Below, in pieces: positions 19,690-29,886 of a stretch of DNA of 64,000 nucleotides. Source of the stretch: a virus (Duplodnaviria; Caudoviricetes). The DNA lies in IMG/VR virus record IMGVR_UViG_3300026549_000054, positions 40,767 through 104,766 of that record; one strand, given 5' to 3'. Below the pieces are notes generated by a model. It saw only the letters and a program-made list of their open reading frames with translations. It did not search any database and was not told the origin of the DNA. Positions within the stretch are counted from its first letter, which is position 1. Every line of letters starts with the position of its first letter. Both the position numbers and the translations under genes were made by a program.

Positions 19690-20169
19690 CTAACTATGCC
19701 ATTCTTCATTTAGATTATAACCAGGTTTTGTTTGTAATCTTTTAGCTTCTGTGATACCTTGTGGACATTGAACATTAAGCTGATGCATAAATCTCTTAAA
19801 CATTCCATTGTCAAAAGCATAAGGAATCTGGTCCTTAATTACATATTCAACAGAGGTAGAATCGTAAAATCTGTCAATCAACACCCTAAGTGCTCGTTTT
19901 AATGCTAATGCTCTGCCATAAGCATACACATAATTATCCTTATCTGCACATACAGCAACGGCTTTGGCGAGTAATAGTTTAGATACAGTTTCCGGGTGTT
20001 TAGGTGAAGGACACCCACGAACTGTTGAATTTGGGTATTTGTATTCAAGTTCATTCGTAGCAAGGCCTGTCATTTCCCATATTTCACAGGTACAAGTCTT
20101 ATCTTTATGGGTGAAGAATACTTGGAATTTACGGTCTTTTCCGTCGGTACATTTAGTTGTAAAAATCAT
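19690..20169 (-). CDS. Hypothetical phage protein
   Basis: AVCADKDNY..AYGRALALKRA motif seen in phage proteins. Confidence 0.65.
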   Translation of the reverse strand: MIFTTKCTDGKDRKFQVFFTHKDKTCTCEIWEMTGLATNELEYKYPNSTVRGCPSPKHPETVSKLLLAKAVAVCADKDNYVYAYGRALALKRALRVLIDRFYDSTSVEYVIKDQIPYAFDNGMFKRFMHQLNVQCPQGITEAKRLQTKPGYNLNEEWHS

Positions 20170-21037
20170 CTATTTCTCCACTTGGAATTGAGCCATTCTC
20201 TACAGCAGCTTTTATATGTTCATATCCAATACCATTACATTTTGGTATATTACTTTTTCTATTAATTTTTGTATTTTGTGATTGAATTGTAGATTTTTTT
20301 ACTTTTTTAATTTTTAATGTATTATTTAAATTACTTCTAAAAATTAAGTATTCATATCTGCTAGCCAAAATTAGCATTTTTTTAATTGCAGATCTATCTT
20401 TATATTTACCTTTATATCTTCTTGCATATTTAAAAGCTTCATCATAGTATTCGTGATAATAAGTATCATTAGATAAATTTATATTTAACTGTTGTTCAAG
20501 CGAAGAAACATCTTTTCTAAGTTTTTCCATACTGGTAAAACTTGTATTTGGCTTTTTATATAATTTATGATAAGATATACAAGTTTTATTTTGTTTTGTT
20601 AACTTATTTTGTTTAGAAGTCTTATTTTGACTGTTTGCAAGGATTTCATCACACACAATCTTTACAAATGTTTTATAGTCTGTATTATTTTCTCTTATAA
20701 CTTTCAAACACTTTTTATCTGTATCATCAAGAGCATTAAATGATTTATTAACTTGACCAAAACTTATTTCCCAGCAATTCTTTGTGACCTGTACTAAATT
20801 CAAGGTATGTTTTGATTTATTATATTTTTGTATTGATTTGTCACGAATTATTTTAGGTATTCCGGTTTCTAAGTGTATAGTTGATTTTGTTATTTTACTT
20901 TTATTTCGTTCAACAATTTCCGCATGAAGTCCAGTATACCCTATATATTTCTTTAATATATTTTGTTCTGTCTTACTATAATCGCTAATGTCAATACCGG
21001 ATTGCTCCATATTCTTGCTTTTAGTGATTTGTTTCAT
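20153..21037 (-). CDS. Basic hypothetical protein
   Basis: Long K-rich ORF behind its own promoter. Confidence 0.65.
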   Translation of the reverse strand: MKQITKSKNMEQSGIDISDYSKTEQNILKKYIGYTGLHAEIVERNKSKITKSTIHLETGIPKIIRDKSIQKYNKSKHTLNLVQVTKNCWEISFGQVNKSFNALDDTDKKCLKVIRENNTDYKTFVKIVCDEILANSQNKTSKQNKLTKQNKTCISYHKLYKKPNTSFTSMEKLRKDVSSLEQQLNINLSNDTYYHEYYDEAFKYARRYKGKYKDRSAIKKMLILASRYEYLIFRSNLNNTLKIKKVKKSTIQSQNTKINRKSNIPKCNGIGYEHIKAAVENGSIPSGEIDDFYN

Positions 21038-21127
21038 AATTTTTCCTTTTTATTTAGTTTTATTTTTACATACAAAAATGGTTAAAAACTAGCATCTTGT
21101 CAATATCAATTTGTAAATTTTAATTTA

Positions 21128-22114
21128 CTAGGAAACTTTAGAGTCATTGTAATCAAGGTAAATATCCATAGCACTATCTGTTTTTGTTTTCAATTTATCA
21201 AGTATTAAATCAAAACATATAACATCGTCACTTTCACTATCAAGTATATTTTTAATGATATTCCAATCCTTATTAACTTTGCCCCAACCAAATTTAACAC
21301 TAAGGCTAGTTTTATGATTAACTAAAGTAACCTTGGCTTTATCTTTCATAATTCTAAGGGCGCCTATTACATTCTTTTTATTTGCATCTTTGGAAGAAGC
21401 TAAAGAATTTGGTTTATGAGTTCCTTCACCTATGTAAACAAAAGGATATGAATTAGTAGTAATTCCTGCATTATAACAATCATAAAACCAAACAAAGTCT
21501 TCGGACAAATACTCAACACTTCTAAACATTAAATCACGATGTTCTCTTAAAAAGTCATTGTTTAATATAGAATGTTGTGTCCACGCAGTTTTATTATTAA
21601 CATAAAGTTCTGGTTTCTTTGCATAAGTACCTGTTTGAATTTCATAAGGACACCCGCCACTAAATATATCTTTATTCTTTAAGTGTAAATCACATAGAAT
21701 ACCTAATGCGTTCTTTAAAGGAATATAGATACAATTTTTAGTAGATTCAGGTCTCAAGTCGGCAATTTTACAATTATTTAAATCGTCATCAATAATAATG
21801 TAATCTTTAACATCTGGACGATTATCTGCCATATAATTCTGTAACCAATGCTTTTTTAATCTAAAGTTTCTCCATTGTTCTTTAATCTTTACAAAAGTTA
21901 CATTAGGTGCGGTGATTTTATCATATCCTGATGCTGTATAGTCTTCATCATAAACTACACAAATAATTTCATTATCAGATATATTCTCCGGATGCTTTAA
22001 TATACAATTACTTCTAAACTTGTATGATATAACCACTACTGGAATTGTAGGTGTGTAATTCTTCCAGTTGTTATCGTATTCAATAATTTGGTTTCTTTCT
22101 TCTGTACTAATCAT
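21128..22114 (-). CDS. GT-A fold glycosyltransferase (TAGT-like)
   Basis: PVVVISYKFR, YIIIDDDL, LSEDFVW; paralog of the adjacent gene. Confidence 0.65.
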   Translation of the reverse strand: MISTEERNQIIEYDNNWKNYTPTIPVVVISYKFRSNCILKHPENISDNEIICVVYDEDYTASGYDKITAPNVTFVKIKEQWRNFRLKKHWLQNYMADNRPDVKDYIIIDDDLNNCKIADLRPESTKNCIYIPLKNALGILCDLHLKNKDIFSGGCPYEIQTGTYAKKPELYVNNKTAWTQHSILNNDFLREHRDLMFRSVEYLSEDFVWFYDCYNAGITTNSYPFVYIGEGTHKPNSLASSKDANKKNVIGALRIMKDKAKVTLVNHKTSLSVKFGWGKVNKDWNIIKNILDSESDDVICFDLILDKLKTKTDSAMDIYLDYNDSKVS

Positions 22115-23121
22115 TCAAGAAAACTCCAATCACTCTCTGGTTTAATTAACTTTTCTTTTACAATTTGGTCTATTTTAGCAAAACAAACTTCAAATTGTTC
22201 ATCCGTAAACTGCGTATTAATATCAGTCCAATTAGGTAAAACTTTATCAAGTATTTCTTTTATATCTTGATAGAATACACAAGGTTTACCTATACCAGGA
22301 ATCCAACAATTCCAGGAAGAACTTATAACAATTTTACATTCATTCTTCATAATTCTCAAAGCATTAATTTGATTTTTCTTTAAATTGAGACTTGAAGAAG
22401 CTATACTGTTATTTGAACTATTTGTTTCTAAGTATAATGGTTGAAAACAATTATAATGTTGTCCGTTTTTATTACAGTCAAACCAAATAATAACATCTTC
22501 TGCGACATTCTGTAAATCTCTAAATCTACATTCAGGATGTTTAATGACCCAATCATTCTCAAATAAGTAACACTGATAGAATGGATTTTGTTTTGAAATT
22601 TTAGTAGTATGAGCAAAGGCTAAACTATTAAATTCAGGACCAGATACTGTTCTATAACCAAATTTTAAATGGTATTCTTCTAATAACCCTAATGTATTTT
22701 TCAATGGAATATACATTGTAGTATCTTTATCTGTGACGATTTTACCGCGTTTCATATCGTCATCAATCATAATATATCGTTCAATTTCGGGTCTTTTTAC
22801 GAAAAATTCTTGGATATATCGTCTTTTCTTTTGAATACTGCGCCAATTTTCATCAATTTGTACAAATTCTACATTAGGTTGACAGTCATATTCTTTATAG
22901 TTTTCATAATCTTCTTTATAAACAAACACAAAAATTTTATTATCACTTACATCCTGTAAATGCTGTACTATATTCCCTGCTCTATTTTTATATGAAGGAA
23001 TCACTATAGGGCATTTAGGTGAATAATCTTGATAATGCTCACTATAAAATTTTATTTGTTCTAATTCTGTCATATCAGTATGTATAAAGAAAAATGGAGC
23101 GGGCTCACAGTCCCGCCCCAT
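22111..23121 (-). CDS. GT-A fold glycosyltransferase (TAGT-like; true start probably near 23073)
   Basis: PIVIPSYKNR, YIMIDDDM, VAEDVIIW. Confidence 0.65.
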   Translation of the reverse strand: MGRDCEPAPFFFIHTDMTELEQIKFYSEHYQDYSPKCPIVIPSYKNRAGNIVQHLQDVSDNKIFVFVYKEDYENYKEYDCQPNVEFVQIDENWRSIQKKRRYIQEFFVKRPEIERYIMIDDDMKRGKIVTDKDTTMYIPLKNTLGLLEEYHLKFGYRTVSGPEFNSLAFAHTTKISKQNPFYQCYLFENDWVIKHPECRFRDLQNVAEDVIIWFDCNKNGQHYNCFQPLYLETNSSNNSIASSSLNLKKNQINALRIMKNECKIVISSSWNCWIPGIGKPCVFYQDIKEILDKVLPNWTDINTQFTDEQFEVCFAKIDQIVKEKLIKPESDWSFLE

Positions 23122-23152
23122 TCAATTAACCGGAGAGTTAATTATGGTTAGA

Positions 23153-23797
23153 TTAAGCCTTCTTGGCTTCGGCCTTTGGAGCCTGTGGCTTCTTACCACG
23201 CTTCTTGGCATTGAAAGCCTTCGTCAAGAAGATAAGACCGCCACCTTCGGAAACCAGCTTATCATTGATGAACAACTTACGGCCGAACACACGCTTGTGT
23301 GCATTCTTCATTGGCTTTACATGACCCATTTCAAGACGGAAATCACCCTGTGGAACCTTACCCGTGAGAGTAGTGTCAGTCATGGTAAATTCGTCCTTGT
23401 GGTCCTTAATGTAGGCACACATAGACTTAATTTCGGAGAAATCAACATCTACAGTGAGACGCTGGCGAGGAGCCTTCGTAGTTGTCAATCCGTGGACAAT
23501 CTTATACAAATACTCCTTCTTGTATTCGCCCAGTTCAACCTTCTGTTCCGCACCGTCCACAACGCGGTAGAGTTCACGCTTCTTGAACTGCTTGCCACTC
23601 TTACCAGTCTTGGCAACGAGCTTCACAATGTAGTCATTGACCTTGGAATCAACTTCAACACTCGGGAATCGCCAGGAGTTGTCATCAATCTTGACGATAG
23701 ACTGCTTGTTGGTTGAAACCATATCACGGAGCTTACTTGCTAGAAGTTCGCGGGAGTTCATCTTTGTTGGCTGAGCCATAGTTGAATTAGTTTTCAT
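23153..23797 (-). CDS. Basic hypothetical early protein
   Basis: Own promoter and terminator; optimized codon usage. Confidence 0.7.
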   Translation of the reverse strand: MKTNSTMAQPTKMNSRELLASKLRDMVSTNKQSIVKIDDNSWRFPSVEVDSKVNDYIVKLVAKTGKSGKQFKKRELYRVVDGAEQKVELGEYKKEYLYKIVHGLTTTKAPRQRLTVDVDFSEIKSMCAYIKDHKDEFTMTDTTLTGKVPQGDFRLEMGHVKPMKNAHKRVFGRKLFINDKLVSEGGGLIFLTKAFNAKKRGKKPQAPKAEAKKA

Positions 23798-23906
23798 AGT
23801 TTTATTCCTTTATAGTTAAATTGTTAAACATTCAACATAATCAAATGTAAATAAAACGAAACAAGTTGTCAATAGTTACATTGACAACTTTTGTTCCGAT
23901 TAGAAC

Positions 23907-24269
23907 TTAGAGTTTGATAGTCAAACGATACTTGTCTGCGTTGGGTTCTTTCTTGATTACTTCGGAGAGGGAGGCAATCATCTTGATGACCTTTTCACGA
24001 GGGATGAGCATATCAATCTTGTCATCGTCGGCCACATACTTAATTCGCATTTGTTCCTTGGCGAGAGCTTGTTCAGCAGCAGCGAGTGCGTCCTGTTCCG
24101 CCTTAATGCGGGCCTTGCGTTCGGCAATTTCCTGTTCCAAAGACTTCTGTGCGGGACGAACCTGAGTTGCCGGCTTAATGACACGCTGGTCATACTGTTC
24201 CAAATCATTACCCTGAAGAACATTGAGAAGGTCACCGAGGTTCAAGAACTGATAGTTAGTATTTTGCAT
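23907..24269 (-). CDS. Hypothetical protein with coiled coil
   Basis: Own promoter; AAGGA RBS. Confidence 0.7.
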   Translation of the reverse strand: MQNTNYQFLNLGDLLNVLQGNDLEQYDQRVIKPATQVRPAQKSLEQEIAERKARIKAEQDALAAAEQALAKEQMRIKYVADDDKIDMLIPREKVIKMIASLSEVIKKEPNADKYRLTIKL

Positions 24270-24372
24270 TAGTTTTCCTTTTGTTAAAATGTTTTACATT
24301 GTCATACTATAATATAGTAAATAAACTTATGGTTGTCAATGGTATTTTGCCCATTTTTATGTAAAATTTTAT

Positions 24373-25125
24373 TTACTTTTTAATAATATAGTTGTCATAG
24401 CAGTTCGTCATTACAGGTTTTTCAAACATTTTCATATAACCTTCGGCAACTTGCTTAATTTCGTCATAAGTTCCCACATAATTACAGTATTCGTCTTTAA
24501 CGAAAGGCCAATAAGCATTTATTTCCCAACACTGTACATTTTTTGATTTAACTGTGAATGAATCAAAGGTTATATTATATAAACTGTTGCCCTTATTGAC
24601 AAACTTATAGGTATTATAAATTGACGCTGGGTTAGAAGGATGTTCTGAAGAAAACTCATAACCATACTTCTCTGCCAATGTCATAAAATCAAGTTCTATT
24701 TCATCGGTGTTAATATCGTTAATCTTTCGTGCAGTTTCCGTTTCTTTTCGTTTCAATTCATACTTAGAAGCTTCGGTAGCATATTTCTGTTTATATGCTT
24801 CAAACAGTTCTTCAAGTGTTAAGGCCATATTCTTAAAGAAAGGTCGGGAAACATAAGTATAATCGGACTGTATATCTGCTAGGTAATAATTATCCGAACC
24901 AGGATGTACTTCTTCAAACTTAAAGTATAACGTGGCGCCGCGTTCATTCCATACAATGTTTGAGTAAACTGTTATAGAATTGATTTTCCAGTTATAATTA
25001 TATGTTCGGAAATTATACAACTTAGCAAAATCTTCAATTTCTTGCCTTGTATAATAAGAAAACTTCTCGGCAAAATAGGGAGAAGTCTTATCTTTTGAAA
25101 TGTTATTATTAGTTACAATTTTCAT
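24373..25125 (-). CDS. Hypothetical protein
   Basis: 250-aa ORF, AAGGA RBS. Confidence 0.65.
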   Translation of the reverse strand: MKIVTNNNISKDKTSPYFAEKFSYYTRQEIEDFAKLYNFRTYNYNWKINSITVYSNIVWNERGATLYFKFEEVHPGSDNYYLADIQSDYTYVSRPFFKNMALTLEELFEAYKQKYATEASKYELKRKETETARKINDINTDEIELDFMTLAEKYGYEFSSEHPSNPASIYNTYKFVNKGNSLYNITFDSFTVKSKNVQCWEINAYWPFVKDEYCNYVGTYDEIKQVAEGYMKMFEKPVMTNCYDNYIIKK

Positions 25126-25142
25126 AGTTATCCTTTATGTAA

Positions 25143-25225
25143 CGGAAGGTGAGGGACTTGAACCCCCAAGGGATTTCTCCCGGCAGATTAGTAATCTGCT
25201 GCTTTACCAATTAAGCTAACCTTCC
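25143..25225 (-). tRNA. tRNA-Ser(ACT)
   Basis: GGAAGGT/ACCTTCC acceptor, G73, GCAGA-TTACTAA-TCTGC arm, long variable arm. Confidence 0.85.
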
Positions 25226-25598
25226 ATAAATCCGTTAGTAATCGTACTTTTCGGATTGTTTCTTTTCAGTCTTTTCCTTCTTAATTCCAGCTTGTTTTGC
25301 GAAAGACTTTGCCATCTTTCTCATCTTTTCCCAGCGTGCCTGTTTCTGTTCTTCAGTTTCTTTTTCTTTTACTTCTTTTCTCTTTTTCATCTTGTTTTCC
25401 TTCAAAAAGTTAGGGTATTGGTCTGCGCCCAGCGATAGTTGAGTTGCTACCTAAACCATACATTCTCTTTCAAATCTTCGTGCCTTGCGACAAGGATAAC
25501 TCACCAAACCTTTCACAGAGGTCTTACTGCGGGCTTCTTGAACACGCATTCTAGAACTGTGTGCAGAGAATTATACCCAATTCTGTTTATAAAAATAG

Positions 25599-25715
25599 CG
25601 GGTGCCGGGGATTTGAACCACCACCTGGATGTTATATATTACTATATTAAATGTAATATATGTTTTAATCTATTATTATATCTCTAATGTCCCGTACTAC
25701 TTATACGAAGCACCC
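25599..25715 (-). pseudogene. tRNA-like element with AT-rich insert replacing the anticodon loop
   Basis: GGGTGCT/GGCACCC acceptor, D-arm, GGTTCAAATCC T-loop, about 55-nt AT-rich insert. Confidence 0.55.
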
Positions 25716-25869
25716 ATCGTTTTAAGGCAAACCAATTAGCCAATCCTATACAGCTACCACTTCAAGGGACTAATTGTAAACCATTTCATTCTATGTCTAT
25801 AATATAGTTTATTATTTATAATTTGACAATACCCATTTGAACATTTTTGTTTCAAGTGAGAACTTACAA

Positions 25870-25896
25870 AAATCCCTCCCACGGATGGGAGGGATT
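25870..25896 (-). terminator. Intrinsic terminator
   Basis: AATCCCTCCCA/TGGGAGGGATT stem with U-tract on minus strand. Confidence 0.8.
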
Positions 25897-25916
25897 GGAG
25901 GTAACAACAAAATTCG

Positions 25917-26084
25917 TTAGGTCACGGGACGTTCGTCAATCTCGGTATCGGCCAAGAAAGAACCAAACTGCTTGATGATCTTCTGTCGGTCTGCTTCAGC
26001 ATCCGCCTTATTCTTACGGACAGACCAAATCATACGGCGGTCCGGTTTATCGTTAGTGTTGTAAGTTACTACAAATACGTTCAT
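25917..26084 (-). CDS. Small hypothetical protein (55 aa, MNVFVVTYNT...)
   Basis: GAGGT RBS; below ORF-track cutoff. Confidence 0.65.
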   Translation of the reverse strand: MNVFVVTYNTNDKPDRRMIWSVRKNKADAEADRQKIIKQFGSFLADTEIDERPVT

Positions 26085-26105
26085 ATTTTTACCTCTCTTT
26101 TTAAA

Positions 26106-26630
26106 TTAAAATCCCAAACGGCGGGCGGCAGTACCCAAATTGCGGAGCTGTGCGGTGTAATTTGCCATATTAACCAAAGACATACCATTCACAGTATAAT
26201 CTTCAACCTTCTTTGCGAACCGTTCGTAATGTTCATTAAGAATCATAGCACACTTCACAAAAGCATTGATGCCATTCGGAACATACTTCAACATTTCCAA
26301 ATGAGCGGGTTCATACACGAAATCAAAGAAACTCTGCTGGACACCACTTTCGCTCTTAAACAGAGCACGAACTTCATTTGTCTTCGCATGGTTTTCCTGA
26401 ATCAGTTCGTTAGACTTCTTGTCAAACATCTGCCACAGAAGGTCAAGGTCCTTGTTTTCGGGTCGGCGAGATGCTGCCATAAAATTGTAATTACCTTCAA
26501 CCTTTTCAATCATATCAATCATAAGGTCCTTCATAGTGCGAACATTGTGTTCAAAGTTGGCTCGGAACATATTGAGAGCCATTTCGGAAGTGGAAGAATT
26601 GATGTTGATGTTGATATTGATTGTTGTCAT
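26106..26630 (-). CDS. Hypothetical early protein
   Basis: Own promoter; GAGGTAACAACT RBS. Confidence 0.7.
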   Translation of the reverse strand: MTTININININSSTSEMALNMFRANFEHNVRTMKDLMIDMIEKVEGNYNFMAASRRPENKDLDLLWQMFDKKSNELIQENHAKTNEVRALFKSESGVQQSFFDFVYEPAHLEMLKYVPNGINAFVKCAMILNEHYERFAKKVEDYTVNGMSLVNMANYTAQLRNLGTAARRLGF

Positions 26631-26730
26631 AGTTGTTACCTCTTTTATTATTGTATTACAAATATAGTTAAAACTATGAACCTTGTCAATAAGAACTGCG
26701 CATTTTTATGTAAAATTTCGTTTACAAATG

Positions 26731-27105
26731 CTAAAAATCTTTCTTAATTTTGGCTAATTTCGCTCTTTCCGCTAATGTTTTTATCCTTAATGCCATTTTT
26801 TGAAACTTTTTATCAACCTTTTCGGGTGTAATTTCGTTATACATTTCATCGTCTGCCCAATCTACTGTTACTTCATCCGCAGTCGCAATCCCATCTTTAG
26901 TAATATAAAATTTAGAATAGAACTGAATTTCTTCTAATTTTGGCTTATATTCGTCAAAGTCTAGAACTGCCAATACATTCCTGCTATCTGTATTATTCGT
27001 TAATGAGGACTTTGAATACACATACAGACATCTTTTATCTTTAGTTAGTTCTTCACAGAAAAGTCCATTCTTTTCCAGGATAGGTAGTAATTCTTCATAA
27101 GTCAT
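26731..27105 (-). CDS. DF-tail family protein
   Basis: Ends KLAKIKKDF. Confidence 0.7.
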   Translation of the reverse strand: MTYEELLPILEKNGLFCEELTKDKRCLYVYSKSSLTNNTDSRNVLAVLDFDEYKPKLEEIQFYSKFYITKDGIATADEVTVDWADDEMYNEITPEKVDKKFQKMALRIKTLAERAKLAKIKKDF

Positions 27106-27258
27106 AGTTTATTCCTTTTAATAAAAAAAAGCACCCTAACATTCGCTAGGGTGCTCTGAGTTGAACAACAACCCAAGGAGGTAACAACAATTTCAATAGA
27201 TTTTCTTTTGATCGGTGGAGAAAATTGTAAAGAACCAATTTATCGCGTTGCAAATTTA

Positions 27259-27331
27259 TAGCGGGGACCGGACTTGAACCGGTGACCTTTAGGTTATGAG
27301 CCTACTGAGCTACCAACTGCTCTACCCCGCG
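27259..27331 (-). tRNA. tRNA-Met(CAT), initiator-type
   Basis: CGCGGGG 5' end with unpaired C1; CT-CAT-AA loop. Confidence 0.9.
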
Positions 27332-27491
27332 ATGAGTAAAATTTGGAGAAACATACAAAACTCCAGGTAAAAGGGGATTCTCAACCAACTAAGTCCAATG
27401 TTGAGTTTGTATATTTTTTAAACACACTGGTGAAAATGCTACCCCAACTTGGTCTGTCACATCCAAGTGTTCACAGATTATGCCACAAAGC

Positions 27492-28151
27492 CTAGCAAGT
27501 AACACCATTAATCTTTTCTTTGATTTGTTTCCAAGTTAAATTATCTTTATCCAAAATAATTATTCGTATTCCATTCTGTTGTTGAACTTTTTCAATTTTT
27601 TCAACATCAGTTATTCCAAATCGTTTGGACTCATTGTTAATCAAATAATCATTTTTAGGGTCAAGATATACATTATATTCAGGAAGATAAAAATCAGGAT
27701 AATAACGATGTTTTACACCATTAGAATCTTCCCAAAGATAATAAGTAGGTCTTTCCCATTTAACCTGGTTATCGTCAAGTTCTTTTGCTACTTCAAATTC
27801 ATATTGAGAATCTAGTTTAATACCTTTATATTCAATAGTTTTTGAAGTATGCCAACCGCCTAAATGTCTTTCAAATGCGATTTCACTCATACGTTGTTTA
27901 AATTCTTCTGTATGAGCACGTCCAAAAATTCGTTTACCTTCTTCAGTACCTTTGTATAATCTTGAAGTAGTTTCACCATATTTTCGTACACGTTCGTCGG
28001 TTTCTTTAGTCAATCCTTTGTTCCAAGCTTTAAGTCCGATAGTATGACTAACATAATTTCTATCAGGATTTTTAGGGCAAGTTCTTTCGTGATTTCTTAA
28101 AGAATTCGCATTTTTACATTCTTTTCCGCAAAATTTACAAATAAATTCCAT
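27492..28151 (-). CDS. Putative homing endonuclease (Zn-finger, NUMOD-like, PD-(D/E)xK domain)
   Basis: CKFCGKEC..HERTC, AWNKGLTKETDERV, YYPDFYLP..VYLDPK. Confidence 0.75.
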   Translation of the reverse strand: MEFICKFCGKECKNANSLRNHERTCPKNPDRNYVSHTIGLKAWNKGLTKETDERVRKYGETTSRLYKGTEEGKRIFGRAHTEEFKQRMSEIAFERHLGGWHTSKTIEYKGIKLDSQYEFEVAKELDDNQVKWERPTYYLWEDSNGVKHRYYPDFYLPEYNVYLDPKNDYLINNESKRFGITDVEKIEKVQQQNGIRIIILDKDNLTWKQIKEKINGVTC

Positions 28152-28185
28152 ATTATATGTATATTTTGGTAGAGCAGTTGATTAA

Positions 28186-28266
28186 AGCCGGAGAGAGGAT
28201 TCGGACCTCCGAAGCTTTCGCGGCTGATTACAAATCAGCTCCATTTGTCCACTTTGGTACTCCGGC
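28186..28266 (-). tRNA. tRNA-Thr(TGT) with long variable arm
   Basis: GCCGGAG acceptor; GCTGA-TTTGTAA-TCAGC; GC-GAAA-GC variable stem. Confidence 0.75.
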
Positions 28267-28363
28267 AATTTAAAGATTTGGGTAGTTCAAAGCACTACCC
28301 AGCTTGCGGGAACCCTTATCAGGGGTATCGCTCCACATAGGTTAAGCCTATGACTCTTTTTCG

Positions 28364-28448
28364 CTCTAGAGGCAGGACTCGAACCTGCGGCGGACTTGCG
28401 TCAAGAGATTAACAGTCTCCCCCCTGCTACCAGCTCGGGTACCCTAGA
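28364..28448 (-). tRNA. tRNA-Asn(GTT) with long variable arm
   Basis: GGAGA-CTGTTAA-TCTCT; G73; GAC-GCAA-GTC variable stem. Confidence 0.8.
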
Positions 28449-28454
28449 ATAAAT

Positions 28455-29065
28455 CTAATCAAATCCGTGGTATCTTCGGAGCCTCACACTTCCGAAGTTG
28501 TTTGTGGGCAAAACAAGAGGGCAACCACCCACAAAGCAAGCCAAACCACCGTGGCTCCCGCATGAAAAATCAACCAGACACACATACAAGACTTGGCACA
28601 CTTGTAATAATATATTCAAACATTATTCTGTCATCACTAACCATTTACTCTGGAGCGACCGTTTCAATGTATTGTCAGTGTTGGGATTTTCACACAAAAG
28701 ATAGGAACCGATGCCTAAACAATAGCTTCACTATCTACCGATTTCTTCATCATTGGCCTGTGCGACTATTAGTGAACTCTACCGCCACAGTAGTTTCGTA
28801 CCAATAGGTCCCTGGGATTTCACCAAATACCTATTGGATAATAACCATCACATAATGAATACTCACGCACATTATGTTTTTACGAATACATTATACCTAC
28901 TTCCATACCTTTTCAGTATTTCCATAGTCCCTTCAAGCTCGGTTGGAACCTGTGTTAGGGGAATGTATGTCTGGTTGATTTCTCAACCTTCGTTTTTTAT
29001 TTATAGTTTTTGTTAAGGTCAGTGCTAATTAACTACCTAGTACTTTTAAACTACAGTCCATAACA
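28455..29065 (-). ncRNA. Candidate large structured ncRNA
   Basis: No credible ORF; long-range AAATCAACCAGACA/TGTCTGGTTGATTT pairing and several local hairpins. Confidence 0.45.
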
Positions 29066-29074
29066 AAAGAGTAG

Positions 29075-29156
29075 TCGGTAAGGTGGGACTTGAACCCACA
29101 CCCCTCTCGGGACCGGATTTTGAGTCCGGCGCGTCTACCAATTCCGCCACCTACCG
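29075..29156 (-). tRNA. tRNA-Leu(CAA)
   Basis: CCGGA-CTCAAAA-TCCGG; class II cloverleaf. Confidence 0.9.
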
Positions 29157-29158
29157 GT

Positions 29159-29821
29159 TTATTCGTAAACCCCTATTAAATCTTTATTGGATGGAAAATT
29201 AAATCTATTATGTTTGGTTTTGTTTGATAGATTTCTAAAATAAGGAATCCATTTTCTAAACTTTCTTCTACATTCTACGATGTTATTTTCTTCTCCAAAT
29301 TTTGAAACACAATCCCAATTTTCAGAATGATATTTGTTCCATAATTTTCTATAAAATTCTTTTTGCGTTACTTTTATTTTTTCATTTTCGCCATGAAACA
29401 AATTTCTTCCTTCAATCCAAGTTTCATCAGGTGCGACAATAAAATGTTTACATTCACCAGTGTTTCTATTTGTGAACCAATGTTTACCAAAATGAGAATT
29501 ATTAACACCACCTTGTTTTACTTTCATATTTTCTCGGTGAACATTAACATATTCTTTTCTAAGTAATTCATAAGCTCTAGCATTTATATATCTTTCACAT
29601 TTTTGTGTTGGTTTTAATTTCATACTCCAAAAAGCATATAACATTTTCTTTCGTTCATTTGAACCTTTTGGATATATTTTAATCAGTAGCCAATGACATA
29701 TAAAATGTTCTCTTGGTGTTAGTAACACCATATTATAAGAATTGTTAACACCACCTAAACTTTTAGGTAATATATGATGATTCTCATAATAGTTAGACGA
29801 GCCGCTTGGTTCTATTTTCAC
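29159..29821 (-). CDS. HNH homing endonuclease
   Basis: ENHHILPKSLGG..N...LTPREHFICHWLL. Confidence 0.85.
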   Translation of the reverse strand: MKIEPSGSSNYYENHHILPKSLGGVNNSYNMVLLTPREHFICHWLLIKIYPKGSNERKKMLYAFWSMKLKPTQKCERYINARAYELLRKEYVNVHRENMKVKQGGVNNSHFGKHWFTNRNTGECKHFIVAPDETWIEGRNLFHGENEKIKVTQKEFYRKLWNKYHSENWDCVSKFGEENNIVECRRKFRKWIPYFRNLSNKTKHNRFNFPSNKDLIGVYE

Positions 29822-29886
29822 ACCTTGCGTTAAAAATAATTCTCAAATAAATTTCTCTATAATTCATAATGTATTTATTTTTTCTT

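Noticed and set aside
23863-23890. AAGTTGTCAAT/ATTGACAACTT inverted repeat as a divergent promoter pair
   Set aside because: The plus-strand -35 box has no convincing -10; more likely a terminator hairpin overlapping the minus-strand promoter.
28270-28363. Hammerhead or theta ribozyme downstream of tRNA-Asn
   Set aside because: CTGATAAG lacks the CUGANGA/GAAA core, and I could not build an HDV-like double pseudoknot by eye.
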